The notes below the pieces were generated by a model. It had not been told where the DNA came from. It saw nothing but the letters and a program-made list of their open reading frames with translations, and searched no databases. 38,945 bases of DNA, taken from the IMG/VR virus record IMGVR_UViG_2531839524_000011. One strand, 5' to 3'. Every line of letters starts with the position of its first letter. The stretch's first letter is position 1. Origin of the DNA: a virus (taxonomy: Duplodnaviria > Heunggongvirae > Uroviricota > Caudoviricetes). Positions 18,226 through 28,173 of the stretch are shown piece by piece. The position numbers were made by a program, and so were the translations under genes.

Positions 18226-18729
18226 GTGAACCCCATGAGTATGGTTGCCAGAACCAACCCCGGCCCCGCAGAGGACGACATCACCGATACCGATGATGGT
18301 GATACCCGTATTTCAGCGGGTGCATTCTGGCCGGATATTGTGCTGCGTGAGCTGCGTCTGGCGGTACGACTGCCGGGCCGTGTGACCACCTCCCGTCTGC
18401 TGCATACCGCCACCGGGGCTGTGGCACACGTTACCCGCGAGCTGGAAGCATGGCAGCAGGAACAGCAGGCGGCTGGCCATCAGACGCTGGCCGATGTTCC
18501 GGCACCCGTAATTAACGGAGAAAGCGTCAATCTCTGGCACTGGCGCAATGCGGTTTACACCGCCACACGCGCCCTGATTCTGGAGCGTTACCGCGATGCG
18601 GACACAACGGACAAGGGCGACCGCCGGGCGGACGCACTGGATATACAGACATCGGATTTGTGGCGTGATGTGAGCTGGGCCATCTCTGACATTCTGTGCC
18701 GCCCGCGAATCTTTGCGGAGTTGTGCTGA
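18226..18729 (+). CDS. L: Head completion / stabilisation protein (P2 gpL-like)
   Basis: 167 aa; position after M. Confidence 0.8.
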   Translation: MNPMSMVARTNPGPAEDDITDTDDGDTRISAGAFWPDIVLRELRLAVRLPGRVTTSRLLHTATGAVAHVTRELEAWQQEQQAAGHQTLADVPAPVINGESVNLWHWRNAVYTATRALILERYRDADTTDKGDRRADALDIQTSDLWRDVSWAISDILCRPRIFAELC

Positions 18730-18929
18730 TGAAAGTAAAGGCACTGGAAGGCGACACCGTGGATTCGCTCTGTTTCCGGTACTACGGCACGACGCAGGGC
18801 GTCACCGAAAAGGTGCTGGATGCCAACCCCGGACTCTGTCAGCAGGTATTTCTGGACGCCGGGCAGGAAGTGGAGATGCCGGAGCCGGAGAAGAAGAAAC
18901 GAGAAATGATTCAGTTGTGGGGGGAGTAG
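18729..18929 (+). CDS. X: Tail protein X (LysM-like, P2 gpX-like)
   Basis: 66 aa from ATG 18729, overlapping the L stop (TGATG); MKVKALEGDTVDSLCFRYYGTT... Confidence 0.7.
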   Translation: MKVKALEGDTVDSLCFRYYGTTQGVTEKVLDANPGLCQQVFLDAGQEVEMPEPEKKKREMIQLWGE

Positions 18930-18931
18930 CA

Positions 18932-19255
18932 GTGAGCACCATTCAAACGGGGATCACAGAGCAGGTTATTGCGTGGCTCTTTGACCACCTGCCAACGGTG
19001 TATGCAGCAGGCGCAGCGGTCAGCATTTCCGCGCTGATGAGCCTTTATGACGGACGAACACTGGTTCAGACCGTAACGGGATCGCTGGCGTGCGGCGTTC
19101 TTGCCATGGCCGTGGCCGGGTCGTTGCGCTTCTTCGGGTTTCCTGAAGATGCCGTGACGTTTATCGGCGCATCAATCGGTTTTATGGGCGCAGAGAAAGC
19201 ACGCGACAAGGTTATTGCGGCCTTTAATCGCAGGGTGAAGGAGAAGGACGAATGA
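18932..19255 (+). CDS. Holin (P2 gpY-like)
   Basis: GTG start at 18932 after a ggggggag RBS-like sequence; two hydrophobic helices (GSLACGVLAMAVAGSL and FIGASIGFMGA); first gene of the lysis cassette. Confidence 0.6.
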   Translation: MSTIQTGITEQVIAWLFDHLPTVYAAGAAVSISALMSLYDGRTLVQTVTGSLACGVLAMAVAGSLRFFGFPEDAVTFIGASIGFMGAEKARDKVIAAFNRRVKEKDE

Positions 19256-19644
19256 GCAACACATTTAAATTCAGCAGCCGGAGCGAAAAGAATTTGCAGG
19301 GCGTAAATCCTGAGCTGGTGAAAGTGACCCGACGGGCACTGGAAATTTCGGAAGTGGATTTTGGTATCACCGAAGGGTTGCGCAGCCGTTACCGCCAGAA
19401 GCAACTTGTGGCCACGGGTAAGAGCCAGACCATGAACAGCCGCCACCTTACGGGGCATGCCGTGGATGTTGTGGCTTATATCGGCAGCCAGGTGTCATGG
19501 GAATGGCCGCTGTACGAAAAAATCGCAGCAGCATTCAGACAGGCCAGCCGGGAACTGAATATTCCGGTGGAATGGGGCGGCGACTGGAAGACCCTGAAAG
19601 ACGGACCGCATTTTCAGTTACCGCACGGAGTTTATCCGGCATGA
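19252..19644 (+). CDS. Endolysin, peptidase M15-type (L-alanyl-D-glutamate peptidase-like)
   Basis: 130 aa; Zn-ligand-like SRHLTGHAVDV and DGPHFQL motifs; follows the holin. Confidence 0.7.
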   Translation: MSNTFKFSSRSEKNLQGVNPELVKVTRRALEISEVDFGITEGLRSRYRQKQLVATGKSQTMNSRHLTGHAVDVVAYIGSQVSWEWPLYEKIAAAFRQASRELNIPVEWGGDWKTLKDGPHFQLPHGVYPA

Positions 19645-20048
19645 AACTCTGGCCCACGCTGGGTGTCGCTTTTCTTCTGATTGCCGCCTGGGGAGCATCC
19701 ATGCGTCTGTCGTGGTCACTGGGCCGGGAGAACGCCAGAAACGAAGCGCAGGCCAGCACCCTGAAAAGTACCGTCGACACCCTGAATATCATCAGCGCCG
19801 GGGTACAGGATATGCAGCAGGTGCTGGCACAACTCCGCGCGGAAAATCAGCAACGCAATCAGGACGGAGAGGCCAGACGTGAACAGCTACGCAACGATAT
19901 TGCAAAAGATGAATGCGCCCACGCTTTGCCTGACGCTCGTTTTACTGACAGGTTGCGCAGGCACGCAGAACGCGCCACGGCCAGCGCCGTCAGTCCGGCT
20001 TATACCGCAGACGCTGACCATACCGGTAACGCCTCCCCCCTTCCCTGA
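19641..20048 (+). CDS. i-spanin (Rz / LysB-like)
   Basis: ATG 19641; N-terminal TM helix (LWPTLGVAFLLIAAWGA) then a coiled-coil region; follows the endolysin. Confidence 0.6.
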   Translation: MKLWPTLGVAFLLIAAWGASMRLSWSLGRENARNEAQASTLKSTVDTLNIISAGVQDMQQVLAQLRAENQQRNQDGEARREQLRNDIAKDECAHALPDARFTDRLRRHAERATASAVSPAYTADADHTGNASPLP

Positions 20049-20199
20049 CACTCCCACATGGGGAAATCTCGGTATATGGGGCGACCGCCTTCTGGATGCA
20101 CTGGAAACCTGTAACGCGGATAAACGGGCCATTGAATTACTGGAACAGCGCAGGCTGCAACGACTGAACAACGAGGACAACAACCATGCTGAAAACTGA
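19909..20199 (+). CDS. o-spanin (Rz1 / LysC-like lipoprotein), overlapping the i-spanin in another frame
   Basis: MNAPTLCLTLVLLTGCAG lipoprotein signal with lipobox; proline-rich; overlapping-frame arrangement like P2 lysB/lysC. Confidence 0.6.
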   Translation: MNAPTLCLTLVLLTGCAGTQNAPRPAPSVRLIPQTLTIPVTPPPFPDTPTWGNLGIWGDRLLDALETCNADKRAIELLEQRRLQRLNNEDNNHAEN

Positions 20200-20653
20200 T
20201 TCCCTGCGTGAAGCCATGACCCGTTCATGCCGATGGTGTCAGGCCAACCCGGAAAAATTCACCATTTTCGTGGAGAGCGGCAACATTGAAACGACCGGAG
20301 AAACGCCCTCGTTTGTTTACCGCTATCAGATGGTGATGTTTGTCATGGATTACGCCGGGGAGTTGGATGACCTCACGCTGCCGCTGCTGGCGTGGTTATC
20401 CGAAAATCAGCCACAGTTGTTGCTCAACCCTGAGCGTAATCAGGACATCAAATTCTCCGCCGTTATCAATGACGATGACAGCGCCGACCTCCTGTTTACG
20501 CTCCCCCTGCGGGAACGCGTTCGCATCACGCGCAACAGTCAGGGCACACCGCAGGCAGAACACCTGCCGGAGCCAAAACCCCGTCTGCCCTCTTCCGAAG
20601 GCGACTGGTCGCATGTATTCCAGGATGTGACGTGGGGTGAAAGCGATGGATAA
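20186..20653 (+). CDS. R: Tail completion protein (P2 gpR-like)
   Basis: 155 aa; order and size match P2 R. Confidence 0.8.
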   Translation: MLKTDSLREAMTRSCRWCQANPEKFTIFVESGNIETTGETPSFVYRYQMVMFVMDYAGELDDLTLPLLAWLSENQPQLLLNPERNQDIKFSAVINDDDSADLLFTLPLRERVRITRNSQGTPQAEHLPEPKPRLPSSEGDWSHVFQDVTWGESDG

Positions 20654-21281
20654 GGCATTCACCCGCGTGGATGAAACCTTTGAGGCCATCCGCGACAGCC
20701 TGAATCAGCAGGCCATCAATAACATCGCCAGAAAGCTGGCACAGGATTTACGCCGCGCCCAGCAGGCGCGTATCCGGTCACAGAAAGCGCCGGACGGGAC
20801 CGCGTGGACACCACGCAGACGCCGCGTAACCCGGATACAGGAACGCATTCGCTTTATCTGGAATAACGAAGCACGCACGCTGAAAAACTGGCATCACGAC
20901 ACGGGGAAATACGGGCGAACCATTACCGGGGGGGATGAGGATAAAAACAATATCCGCACGTTTTACCGGGATGACATCGACCGTTTTCTGGAAATACGCA
21001 CCCGGCGCATCAACCAGGACAGCACAAAGCGCGTCCCCATGTTCGTAAAACTGCGCACCGCCCGCTACCTGAAAGCCCGTGCAGATGCTTCCGGTGTGAC
21101 GGTGGGTTACAGCGGCGTGGCCGCACGTATTGCACGCGTTCATCAGTTCGGTGAGCGCGATCAGGTTGCGCCGGGCATTTTCACCGATTACCCGGTACGT
21201 GAGCTGCTGGGTATCAGCCAGGCAGATGAGCGCCTGATTTATAACACGGTGCTGGGCCGGATTGCGGAGGCTGTACGGTGA
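20646..21281 (+). CDS. S: Tail completion protein (P2 gpS-like)
   Basis: Position between R and V; ATG 20646 (alternative 20637). Confidence 0.8.
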   Translation: MDKAFTRVDETFEAIRDSLNQQAINNIARKLAQDLRRAQQARIRSQKAPDGTAWTPRRRRVTRIQERIRFIWNNEARTLKNWHHDTGKYGRTITGGDEDKNNIRTFYRDDIDRFLEIRTRRINQDSTKRVPMFVKLRTARYLKARADASGVTVGYSGVAARIARVHQFGERDQVAPGIFTDYPVRELLGISQADERLIYNTVLGRIAEAVR

Positions 21282-21859
21282 GCGCAGAACTCATGCGACT
21301 GCTGAGCAATGTCATCCGCACCGGGATCATCTCTGAAGTTGATGAGAAGTCCTGGCGCGTGCGCGTTCGCAGCGGCGAACTGGAAACAGGCTGGTTACGC
21401 TGGAACACCACGCGCGCGGGAGCCTTCAATGTGTGGCTGCCGCCATCACCCGGCGAACAGGTGGTAATTGCCTGCATTGGCGGCAACCCGGAAACCGCCA
21501 TGATAATTGGCAGCCTGTGGAGTGATACCAATCCGGCCCCCGGCAAAAGCCTGAAAGAAATCGTGGTCAGCGCGCCGGATGGCGCGGTGTTCCGCTACGA
21601 CGCGGACGCTGGCGCACTGAGCGCCAGCGGCATGAAAACAGCCAGCCTGCAGGCATCCGTCAGCGTGACACTGGACACGCCCGTCGTGGAATGCACAAAC
21701 CTTCTGAGAACGGCGACGCTTGACGTCACAAAAGGGGGAAAGATGAGCGGCAATATCACGCACAGCGGCGGCAATTTCACCTCAAACGGCATCACAGTGC
21801 ATACGCATAAGCACGGTGGCGTTAAAGGTGGCAGCGATTCGACAGGAGGCCCGCAGTGA
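21278..21859 (+). CDS. V: Baseplate assembly / spike protein (P2 gpV-like)
   Basis: 193 aa; MSAELMRLLSNVIRTGIISEVDEKSWRVRVRSGELETGWLRW... resembles P2 gpV as recalled. Confidence 0.85.
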   Translation: MSAELMRLLSNVIRTGIISEVDEKSWRVRVRSGELETGWLRWNTTRAGAFNVWLPPSPGEQVVIACIGGNPETAMIIGSLWSDTNPAPGKSLKEIVVSAPDGAVFRYDADAGALSASGMKTASLQASVSVTLDTPVVECTNLLRTATLDVTKGGKMSGNITHSGGNFTSNGITVHTHKHGGVKGGSDSTGGPQ

Positions 21860-22206
21860 CAACCCGCTACACAGGAATGAACCCGGACGGGACGGGAAAC
21901 CTGAACGATATGGAGCACCTGAAACAGTCAGTCAGGGACATCCTGACCACCCCGCTGGCAAGCCGGGTTATGCGACGGGAATATGGCAGCCTTTTGCCTG
22001 ATTTGATTGACGAACCCATGAATAACACCACGCGTCTGCAATGCATGAGTGCTGCCGTGATTGCACTGACACGATGGGAACCCCGCATTGCCCTGGACGC
22101 CATCGACGTTGTCTGGAAGGCAGGAGGCCGCGCCGGGGTGACGCTGTCGGGCACTGTCATGCAGACCATGCAGAATGTTGAATTAACCATCACGCTGAGG
22201 GAGTAA
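21856..22206 (+). CDS. W: Baseplate wedge protein (P2 gpW / gp25-like)
   Basis: 116 aa; size and order match P2 W. Confidence 0.85.
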   Translation: MTTRYTGMNPDGTGNLNDMEHLKQSVRDILTTPLASRVMRREYGSLLPDLIDEPMNNTTRLQCMSAAVIALTRWEPRIALDAIDVVWKAGGRAGVTLSGTVMQTMQNVELTITLRE

Positions 22207-22209
22207 ATC

Positions 22210-23106
22210 ATGCCCGCCGTTGACCTTTCCCAGTTACCGGAACCCGCCATCATCGCGGAGCCTGACTTTGAAGCAATTCTGGCTGACACAAAAGCCATGA
22301 TGATTGCGTCCTATCCCGCCGAACAGCGTGAAGCCGTTTCCGCCGCGCTGGAGCTGGAATCGGAACCCCTTAACGTTATCGCCCAGACAACAGCGTTTCG
22401 TGAAATGCTGTTACGCCAGCGGGTTAACGAGGGCGCACGCGCCTGCATGTTAAGCCACAGCGCCGGGACAGACCTGGACAACCTCGCGGGCAATATGAAC
22501 ACAAAGCGCCTGGTTATCACTCCGGCAACGGATACCACCGACGCGGTGATGGAGAGCGACACCTCGCTTAGACTGCGGGCGCAGCGGGCGTACGACGGCC
22601 TGAGTGTTGCTGGCCCGTCAGGTGCATACGAGTATTTTGCCCGCAGCGCCAGCGGTCTGGTGCGTGATGCGCGGGCTATCAGTCCGTCTCCGGCCAATGT
22701 GACGGTTTCCATCCTGTCCACTGAAGGCGACGGCACAGCAACGGAGGCGTTGCTTAATACCGTTCGCGCCGTTCTGAATGCAGAGGATACCCGCCCGGTG
22801 GCCGACCGCCTGACGGTACAGAGCGCCAGAATCGTGACATGGCGGCTGAATGCAAAACTGTACTTTTACCCCGGCCCGGAATCCGAACCTATTCTGGCCG
22901 CAGCTGAATCGTCGTTCAGGAAGTGGCTGGCTGAGCAGGGGCTTATCGGTCAGGACGTGGCGTTGTCCGCCATTGCTGCCGCACTGCATGTGCACGGTGT
23001 GCAACGCGTGGAGATAATCGAACCCACACAGAATATGGCCATCAGCGACATACAGGCGGCGCGCTGTGAGTCATTCACCATCAGCGAAGGTGGGCGCAAT
23101 GAGTAA
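22210..23106 (+). CDS. J: Baseplate protein (P2 gpJ-like)
   Basis: 298 aa; order V-W-J-I. Confidence 0.85.
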   Translation: MPAVDLSQLPEPAIIAEPDFEAILADTKAMMIASYPAEQREAVSAALELESEPLNVIAQTTAFREMLLRQRVNEGARACMLSHSAGTDLDNLAGNMNTKRLVITPATDTTDAVMESDTSLRLRAQRAYDGLSVAGPSGAYEYFARSASGLVRDARAISPSPANVTVSILSTEGDGTATEALLNTVRAVLNAEDTRPVADRLTVQSARIVTWRLNAKLYFYPGPESEPILAAAESSFRKWLAEQGLIGQDVALSAIAAALHVHGVQRVEIIEPTQNMAISDIQAARCESFTISEGGRNE

Positions 23107-23629
23107 TTCACTGTTACCGCCATCAGCCAGCAGTTTCATGCGTTGCGCCGAAGCTGTCGGAGCGCGCATTACAGACATCCCGGTAGACCTCAACACGCTG
23201 TGGTCACCGGACACCTGCCCGGTGCATCTGCTGCCTTATCTCGCCTGGGCATTTTCCGTTGACCGCTGGGATCGCAACTGGCCGGAAGAGACAAAGCGAC
23301 AGGTTATTCGTGATGCATGGCTGATACACCGACACAAAGGGACCATCAGCGCACTGCGCCGGGCCATTGAGCCGCTGGGATACCTCATTCGTGTGTCTGA
23401 GTGGTGGGAGTTCGGCGGAGAACCGGGAACATTTACCGTTGAAGTCGGCACGCTGGACAGTGGCGTGACGGAGGAAATGTATCTGGAAATGGAGCGGTTG
23501 ATTGCTGATGCCCGCCCGGCCAGCCGCCACATGACAGGGCTGAATATCATTCAGGAAATTCCGGGAGATATTTTCGCGGCGGCAGCAACTTACGACGGTG
23601 AAGTCATTACCATTTATCCGGACGATTAA
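23099..23629 (+). CDS. I: Baseplate protein (P2 gpI-like)
   Basis: ATG 23099 (MSNSLLPPSASSFMR...); precedes the tail fibre gene. Confidence 0.8.
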   Translation: MSNSLLPPSASSFMRCAEAVGARITDIPVDLNTLWSPDTCPVHLLPYLAWAFSVDRWDRNWPEETKRQVIRDAWLIHRHKGTISALRRAIEPLGYLIRVSEWWEFGGEPGTFTVEVGTLDSGVTEEMYLEMERLIADARPASRHMTGLNIIQEIPGDIFAAAATYDGEVITIYPDD

Positions 23630-23631
23630 GC

Positions 23632-26055
23632 ATGAGTACCACAACACGAAAATTTAAAACCGTTATCACCGATACGGGTGCAAAAAAATTAGCTCAGGCA
23701 GCCGCGCCAGATGGTAAGCCAGTCCGCCTGACTCATATGGCCGTGGGCGACGGTGGCGGCACGTTGCCCACACCAGACAGTAAGCAGACCCGTCTGGTGC
23801 ATGAGGTGTGGCGACACACTGTTAATCGCGTCATCCTGGACGCAACACATCAGAACCGCATTATTGCGGAGCTGGTTATTCCTCCTGAAACGGGCGGATT
23901 CTGGATCCGGGAAATTGGTGTATTTGATGAGCACGGCGATTTAATCGCGGTGGGCAATACTGCCGAAAGTTACAAGCCAGCCGTTGCCGAAGGGTCCGGT
24001 CGTGCACAAACGTTTCGCACCATTCTGACCGTATCCAGCACTGCCACCGTGGCGCTTACCGTGGATAACACCATGGTGATGGCCACAGTGGATTACGTGG
24101 ATGACAAACTGAAAGAGCATGAACGGTCACGACGTCACCCGGACGCCTCGCTGACCGCAAAAGGCTTTGTTCAACTCAGTAGCGCCACTAACAGCGTGTC
24201 TGAAACGCAGGCTGCAACGCCGAAAGCAGTAAAGGCAGCATATGACCTGGCTAATGGCAAATACACCGCACAGGACGCTACCACTGCGCGGAAAGGGATA
24301 GTTCAGCTCAGTAGCGCCACCAACAGCACGTCTGAAACGCAGGCTGCAACGCCGAAAGCAGTAAAGACCGCGTATGATCTTGCTAACGGTAAATATACTG
24401 CGCAGGATGCCAGCACGACGCGAAAAGGCCTTGTCCAGCTCAGTAGCGCCACCAACAGCACGTCTGAAGCGCAGGCTGCAACGCCGAAAGCAGTAAAGGC
24501 CGCGTATGACCTTGCTAACGCAAAATATACCGCTCAGGACGCCACGACGGCACAAAAAGGGATAGTCCAGCTCAGTAGTGCCACCAACAGCACGTCTGAA
24601 ACACTGGCCGCGACACCAAAAGCGGTTAAGGCGGTAATAGATGAAACGAACAAGAAAGCGCCCTTAAACAGCCCGGCGCTGACCGGAACGCCAACAACAC
24701 CAACTGCGCGACAGGGAACGAATAATACCCAAATCGCAAGCACGGCTTTCGTTATGGCTGCGATTGCCGCACTTGTAGACTCGTCGCCTGACGCACTGAA
24801 TACGCTGAACGAGCTGGCGGCGGCGCTGGGAAACGACCCGAATTTTGCGACCACCATGACTAACGCGCTTGCGGGTAAGCAACCGAAAGATGCCCCCCTG
24901 ACGGCGCTGGCCGGGCTTGCTACTGCGGCAGACAGGTTTCCGTATTTTACGGGGAATGATGTCGCCAGCCTGGCAACCCTGACAAAAGTCGGGCGGGATA
25001 TTCTTGCGAAATCGACCGTTGCCGCTGTTATCGAATACCTCGGTTTACAGGAAACGGTAAATCAGGCTTCTGGCGCATTACAGAAAAAACAGAACGGCGC
25101 AGATATTCCCGATAAAAAACTATTCCTGCGTAATATCGGCACAACAAATTCAACAACCATGTCTTTTAGTGGTGGTGCTGGATGGTTCAAACTGGCAACT
25201 GTAACAATGCCACAAGCCAGTTCCGTGGTTTACATAAGCCTGATTGGTGGCGCAGGGTATAACGTTGGCTCCTCGCATCAAGCAGGCATCTCTGAGCTGG
25301 TTCTGCGTGCCGGAAATGGGAATCCAAAAGGTATTACTGGTGCATTATGGCGACGGACATCGGTTGGATTTACTAATTTTGCATGGGTGAATACATCCGG
25401 TAATACCTATGATGTTTATGTTGAAATAGGTAATTACGCCACAGGTGTTAATATTCAGTGGGATTATACCAGTAACGCCAGCGTAACGATTCATACATCA
25501 CCAACTTATACAGCGAATAAACCAACAGGCCTGACAGATGGAACTGTATATGTAATTTACAGTTCGCACATTAAACCGACTGCTGCTGAGGTTGGGGCGT
25601 TGTCATTATCTGGCGGTCAATTGAATGGTGCACTGGGCATCGGAACATCCAGTGCTCTTGGCGGTAACTCGATTGTTTTGGGTGATAATGACACGGGATT
25701 TAAACAAAATGGCGACGGGTATCTGGATGTTTATGCTAATAACGTCCATGTTATGCGCTTTGTCTCCGGCAGCATTCAAAGTAATAAAACCATAAATATT
25801 ACAGGGCGTGTTAACCCCTCGGATTACGGTAACTTTGATTCTCGTTATGTGAAAGATGTTCGACTTGGTTCACAGCAATATTATGGAGTGAACAACTGGC
25901 AAACATGGAATTTCCAGTGCCCTTCAGGTCATGTATTGTCTGGTATTAATGTTCAGGATACAGGTTCCAACTCTGCCGATAATATAGCGGGCGTTTATTA
26001 CAGACCCGTCCAAAAGTATATAAATGGCACCTGGTATAATGTAGCGAGCGTTTAA
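23632..26055 (+). CDS. H: Tail fibre protein (P2 gpH-like), current-orientation C-terminus
   Basis: 807 aa; four tandem 44-aa fibre repeats ([20 protein letters not shown]...); the gix crossover site lies in-frame at 25028..25053. Confidence 0.9.
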   Translation: MSTTTRKFKTVITDTGAKKLAQAAAPDGKPVRLTHMAVGDGGGTLPTPDSKQTRLVHEVWRHTVNRVILDATHQNRIIAELVIPPETGGFWIREIGVFDEHGDLIAVGNTAESYKPAVAEGSGRAQTFRTILTVSSTATVALTVDNTMVMATVDYVDDKLKEHERSRRHPDASLTAKGFVQLSSATNSVSETQAATPKAVKAAYDLANGKYTAQDATTARKGIVQLSSATNSTSETQAATPKAVKTAYDLANGKYTAQDASTTRKGLVQLSSATNSTSEAQAATPKAVKAAYDLANAKYTAQDATTAQKGIVQLSSATNSTSETLAATPKAVKAVIDETNKKAPLNSPALTGTPTTPTARQGTNNTQIASTAFVMAAIAALVDSSPDALNTLNELAAALGNDPNFATTMTNALAGKQPKDAPLTALAGLATAADRFPYFTGNDVASLATLTKVGRDILAKSTVAAVIEYLGLQETVNQASGALQKKQNGADIPDKKLFLRNIGTTNSTTMSFSGGAGWFKLATVTMPQASSVVYISLIGGAGYNVGSSHQAGISELVLRAGNGNPKGITGALWRRTSVGFTNFAWVNTSGNTYDVYVEIGNYATGVNIQWDYTSNASVTIHTSPTYTANKPTGLTDGTVYVIYSSHIKPTAAEVGALSLSGGQLNGALGIGTSSALGGNSIVLGDNDTGFKQNGDGYLDVYANNVHVMRFVSGSIQSNKTINITGRVNPSDYGNFDSRYVKDVRLGSQQYYGVNNWQTWNFQCPSGHVLSGINVQDTGSNSADNIAGVYYRPVQKYINGTWYNVASV
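24161..24690 (+). repeat. Tandem 132-bp (44-aa) repeats, about four copies, inside H
   Basis: Repeat units begin near 24161, 24293, 24425 and 24557 ([44 protein letters not shown]). Confidence 0.7.
25028..25053. other. gix/cix/hix-type 26-bp inversion crossover site (left)
   Basis: ttatcgaatacctcggtttacaggaa; 24/26 identity to the reverse complement of the right site; the inverted homology extends about 56 bp further into the segment. Confidence 0.7.
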
Positions 26056-26056
26056 T

Positions 26057-26584
26057 ATGATGCACTTAAAGAACATAAAAGCGGGTAACGCTAAAACACT
26101 GGAACAGTATGAGTTAACAAAGAAACACGGAGTTATCTGGCTTTACTCTGAGGACGGAAAAAACTGGTATGAGGAAGTGAAAAACTTTCAGCCAGACACA
26201 ATAAAGATTGTTTACGATGCAAATAATATTATTGTCGCCATCACCAAAGATGCATCCACGCTTAATCCCGAAGGTTTTAGCGTTGTCGAGGTTCCAGATA
26301 TTACAGCCAACCGCCGCGCTGATGATTCAGGAAAGTGGATGTTTAAGGACGGAGCTGTGGTTAAGCGGATTTATACGGCAGACGAACAGCAACAACAGGC
26401 CGAATCACAAAAGGCCGCATTGCTTTCCGAAGCTGAATCAGTCACCCAGCCACTGGAACGCGCTGCCAGGCTGAATATGGCAACAGACGAGGAGCGCACA
26501 CGACTGGAAGCATGGGAACGCTACAGTGTTCTGGTCAGCCGTGTGGATACAGCAAAGCCCGAATGGCCACAAAAGCCTGAATAA
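26057..26584 (+). CDS. G: Tail fibre assembly chaperone (P2 gpG-like)
   Basis: 175 aa directly after H; paralogous to the minus-strand 26613..27146 ORF (both begin MMHLKNI...AGN.KT.EQY.LTK). Confidence 0.8.
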   Translation: MMHLKNIKAGNAKTLEQYELTKKHGVIWLYSEDGKNWYEEVKNFQPDTIKIVYDANNIIVAITKDASTLNPEGFSVVEVPDITANRRADDSGKWMFKDGAVVKRIYTADEQQQQAESQKAALLSEAESVTQPLERAARLNMATDEERTRLEAWERYSVLVSRVDTAKPEWPQKPE

Positions 26585-26612
26585 AAATTAAGGCCCGCTA
26601 TCGGGCCTTGTC

Positions 26613-27146
26613 TCATTCAGGTTGTTCGGGAAATGTTACTGGCAGGCTGGAGGGGTCTGTGGATTCGACTTTCTGCGCATAGAGCATCCACTCGGTTAAT
26701 TTTTGTTTATTCTCGTCGGAAATGATGCCCAGCCGTAGCTGTGAGTCCCATAGCTGGGTTTTATCCCTGACAAGTTGCAACAGGCTTTGCTTTTCATTCT
26801 CTGCCTGCTGCCTCTGTTCCTCCCCGGTATAAGTTCGCTTTATCACCACGCCATCTTTGAACATCCATTTACCCGAAATATCAGCCCGGCGATTTGCTGT
26901 AATATCAGGTAATTCAACGACGCTTGCGCCTTCTGGGTTAATTGCTGAAACATCCTTTTCAATACAAATAATAACGCCGTTATGGTCATAGGCCATTTTC
27001 AATGTGTCTGGCCGGAAATTCTTTTGTTCCTCATACCAGTTTTTTCCATCATCTGAATAAAGCCATTTGATGTTAAATTGCTTTGTTAGCTGGTATTGCT
27101 CTTTTGTTTTAGGATTGCCAGCAGTAATGTTTTTTAAGTGCATCAT
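26613..27146 (-). CDS. Alternative tail fibre assembly chaperone (G'), used after inversion
   Basis: 177 aa paralogue of G on the opposite strand inside the invertible segment. Confidence 0.8.
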   Translation of the reverse strand: MMHLKNITAGNPKTKEQYQLTKQFNIKWLYSDDGKNWYEEQKNFRPDTLKMAYDHNGVIICIEKDVSAINPEGASVVELPDITANRRADISGKWMFKDGVVIKRTYTGEEQRQQAENEKQSLLQLVRDKTQLWDSQLRLGIISDENKQKLTEWMLYAQKVESTDPSSLPVTFPEQPE

Positions 27147-27148
27147 AA

Positions 27149-28093
27149 TTAAATACTCCCCGCGTTATACCACGTTCCATTAATGCAATACTGAACTGGC
27201 CTTGCCTGTGTTGTATCAATTAATTCATCACGGTTTCCGTTAACTGAACCCGTAACGACATAACCTGACCTGTCAGACCAGCCGGGACCATTCCATGTCT
27301 GAACAGATGACAGACCGCCCAGACGAATACCTGTAATAAACTTTGAGTTACATTCCGCTTTGGTATATGCACCAACATCCCCCGCAGAGGGCTTGTAGGT
27401 TGTGGTGTAAAACGCTGACCAGTTATCTTCAAAGCCATAACCATCACGCGCTGAACGATAAAGGATACCGCCGTTCCTGTAATTCACACGGAACTGTACG
27501 GCAGGGCAACTCCCCGTATTCATATTGAAGTGGAGTATTAATGCTGTTGCGCCTTTGATATCTGCATCATAAACACCGCTATTCCAGTTCCAGCCAACAG
27601 CTTTATCATTTGCAACCCTGCTTCCTGTCTGCCCTAAAGCAAATGCAGGCTGCTGGTTTTTCGTGTTGTAGTCTCGTCGCCAGCCAGGAGCATAAGCATC
27701 ACCATGATTAATATAGGTGAATTGAGCGTTAGTAATTCCGCCGCCGCTGGACGTGCTCGGCGTGGTAACGCGTATGGTCATTGCGCCGCGAGTGCCAATA
27801 ACTTCCACCACAGCACCTGCAAGACAAATATTTCCGCAACCTGTATCTGTAATGACCTTATTATTTGCATAAGCCCATGAGCCTTTGCACATCCAGTAAG
27901 GATGGTTAAATGCCCCCTGACTCTCCAGCCACGAAATGAATTGTGCGGTTGTCCAGGCCTGACTATCGCCACCAATATTCAGCCATGCGCTATATGCGCG
28001 GCAGGCACCAATATTTTTGGTGAAGGTATCTTTTCCCGGAATATCTGCGCCGTTCTGTTTTTTCTGTAATGCGCCAGAAGCCTGATTTACCGT
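27149..28093 (-). CDS. Alternative tail fibre C-terminal segment (H'), has no start of its own; fuses to H after inversion
   Basis: The minus-strand frame is open from the right gix site (reads [15 protein letters not shown], identical to H at the left site) through ...WMCKGSWAYANN... to the stop at 27149. Confidence 0.7.
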   Translation of the reverse strand, partial: TVNQASGALQKKQNGADIPGKDTFTKNIGACRAYSAWLNIGGDSQAWTTAQFISWLESQGAFNHPYWMCKGSWAYANNKVITDTGCGNICLAGAVVEVIGTRGAMTIRVTTPSTSSGGGITNAQFTYINHGDAYAPGWRRDYNTKNQQPAFALGQTGSRVANDKAVGWNWNSGVYDADIKGATALILHFNMNTGSCPAVQFRVNYRNGGILYRSARDGYGFEDNWSAFYTTTYKPSAGDVGAYTKAECNSKFITGIRLGGLSSVQTWNGPGWSDRSGYVVTGSVNGNRDELIDTTQARPVQYCINGTWYNAGSI

Positions 28094-28119
28094 TTCCTGT
28101 AAACCGAGGTTTTAGATAA
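28094..28119. other. gix/cix/hix-type 26-bp inversion crossover site (right)
   Basis: ttcctgtaaaccgaggttttagataa, reverse complement ttatctaaaacctcggtttacaggaa, the classic Gin/Hin/Cin crossover consensus. Confidence 0.75.
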
Positions 28120-28173
28120 TGGCCGTTTCTGGCCTGCATGGCATGATTTGCGCTTTTGGACGGGAGATTCAGT

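Larger units (their letters stand above)
25054..28093. mobile_element. Invertible tail-fibre segment (Mu G-segment-like) carrying two alternative H C-termini and two G chaperones
   Basis: Flanked by inverted 26-bp crossover sites; H-Cterm/G on plus, G'/H'-Cterm on minus; Gin-like invertase immediately outside. Confidence 0.7.

Noticed and set aside
17661-18413. Minus-strand ORFs of 94-147 aa overlapping M and the M-L junction
   Set aside because: Antisense to the terminase small subunit and head completion genes in a GC-rich region; no independent support.
24127-24555. 142-aa minus-strand ORF within the tail fibre gene
   Set aside because: Generated by the tandem 132-bp repeats in H; its translation is itself repetitive and antisense to a clear fibre ORF.
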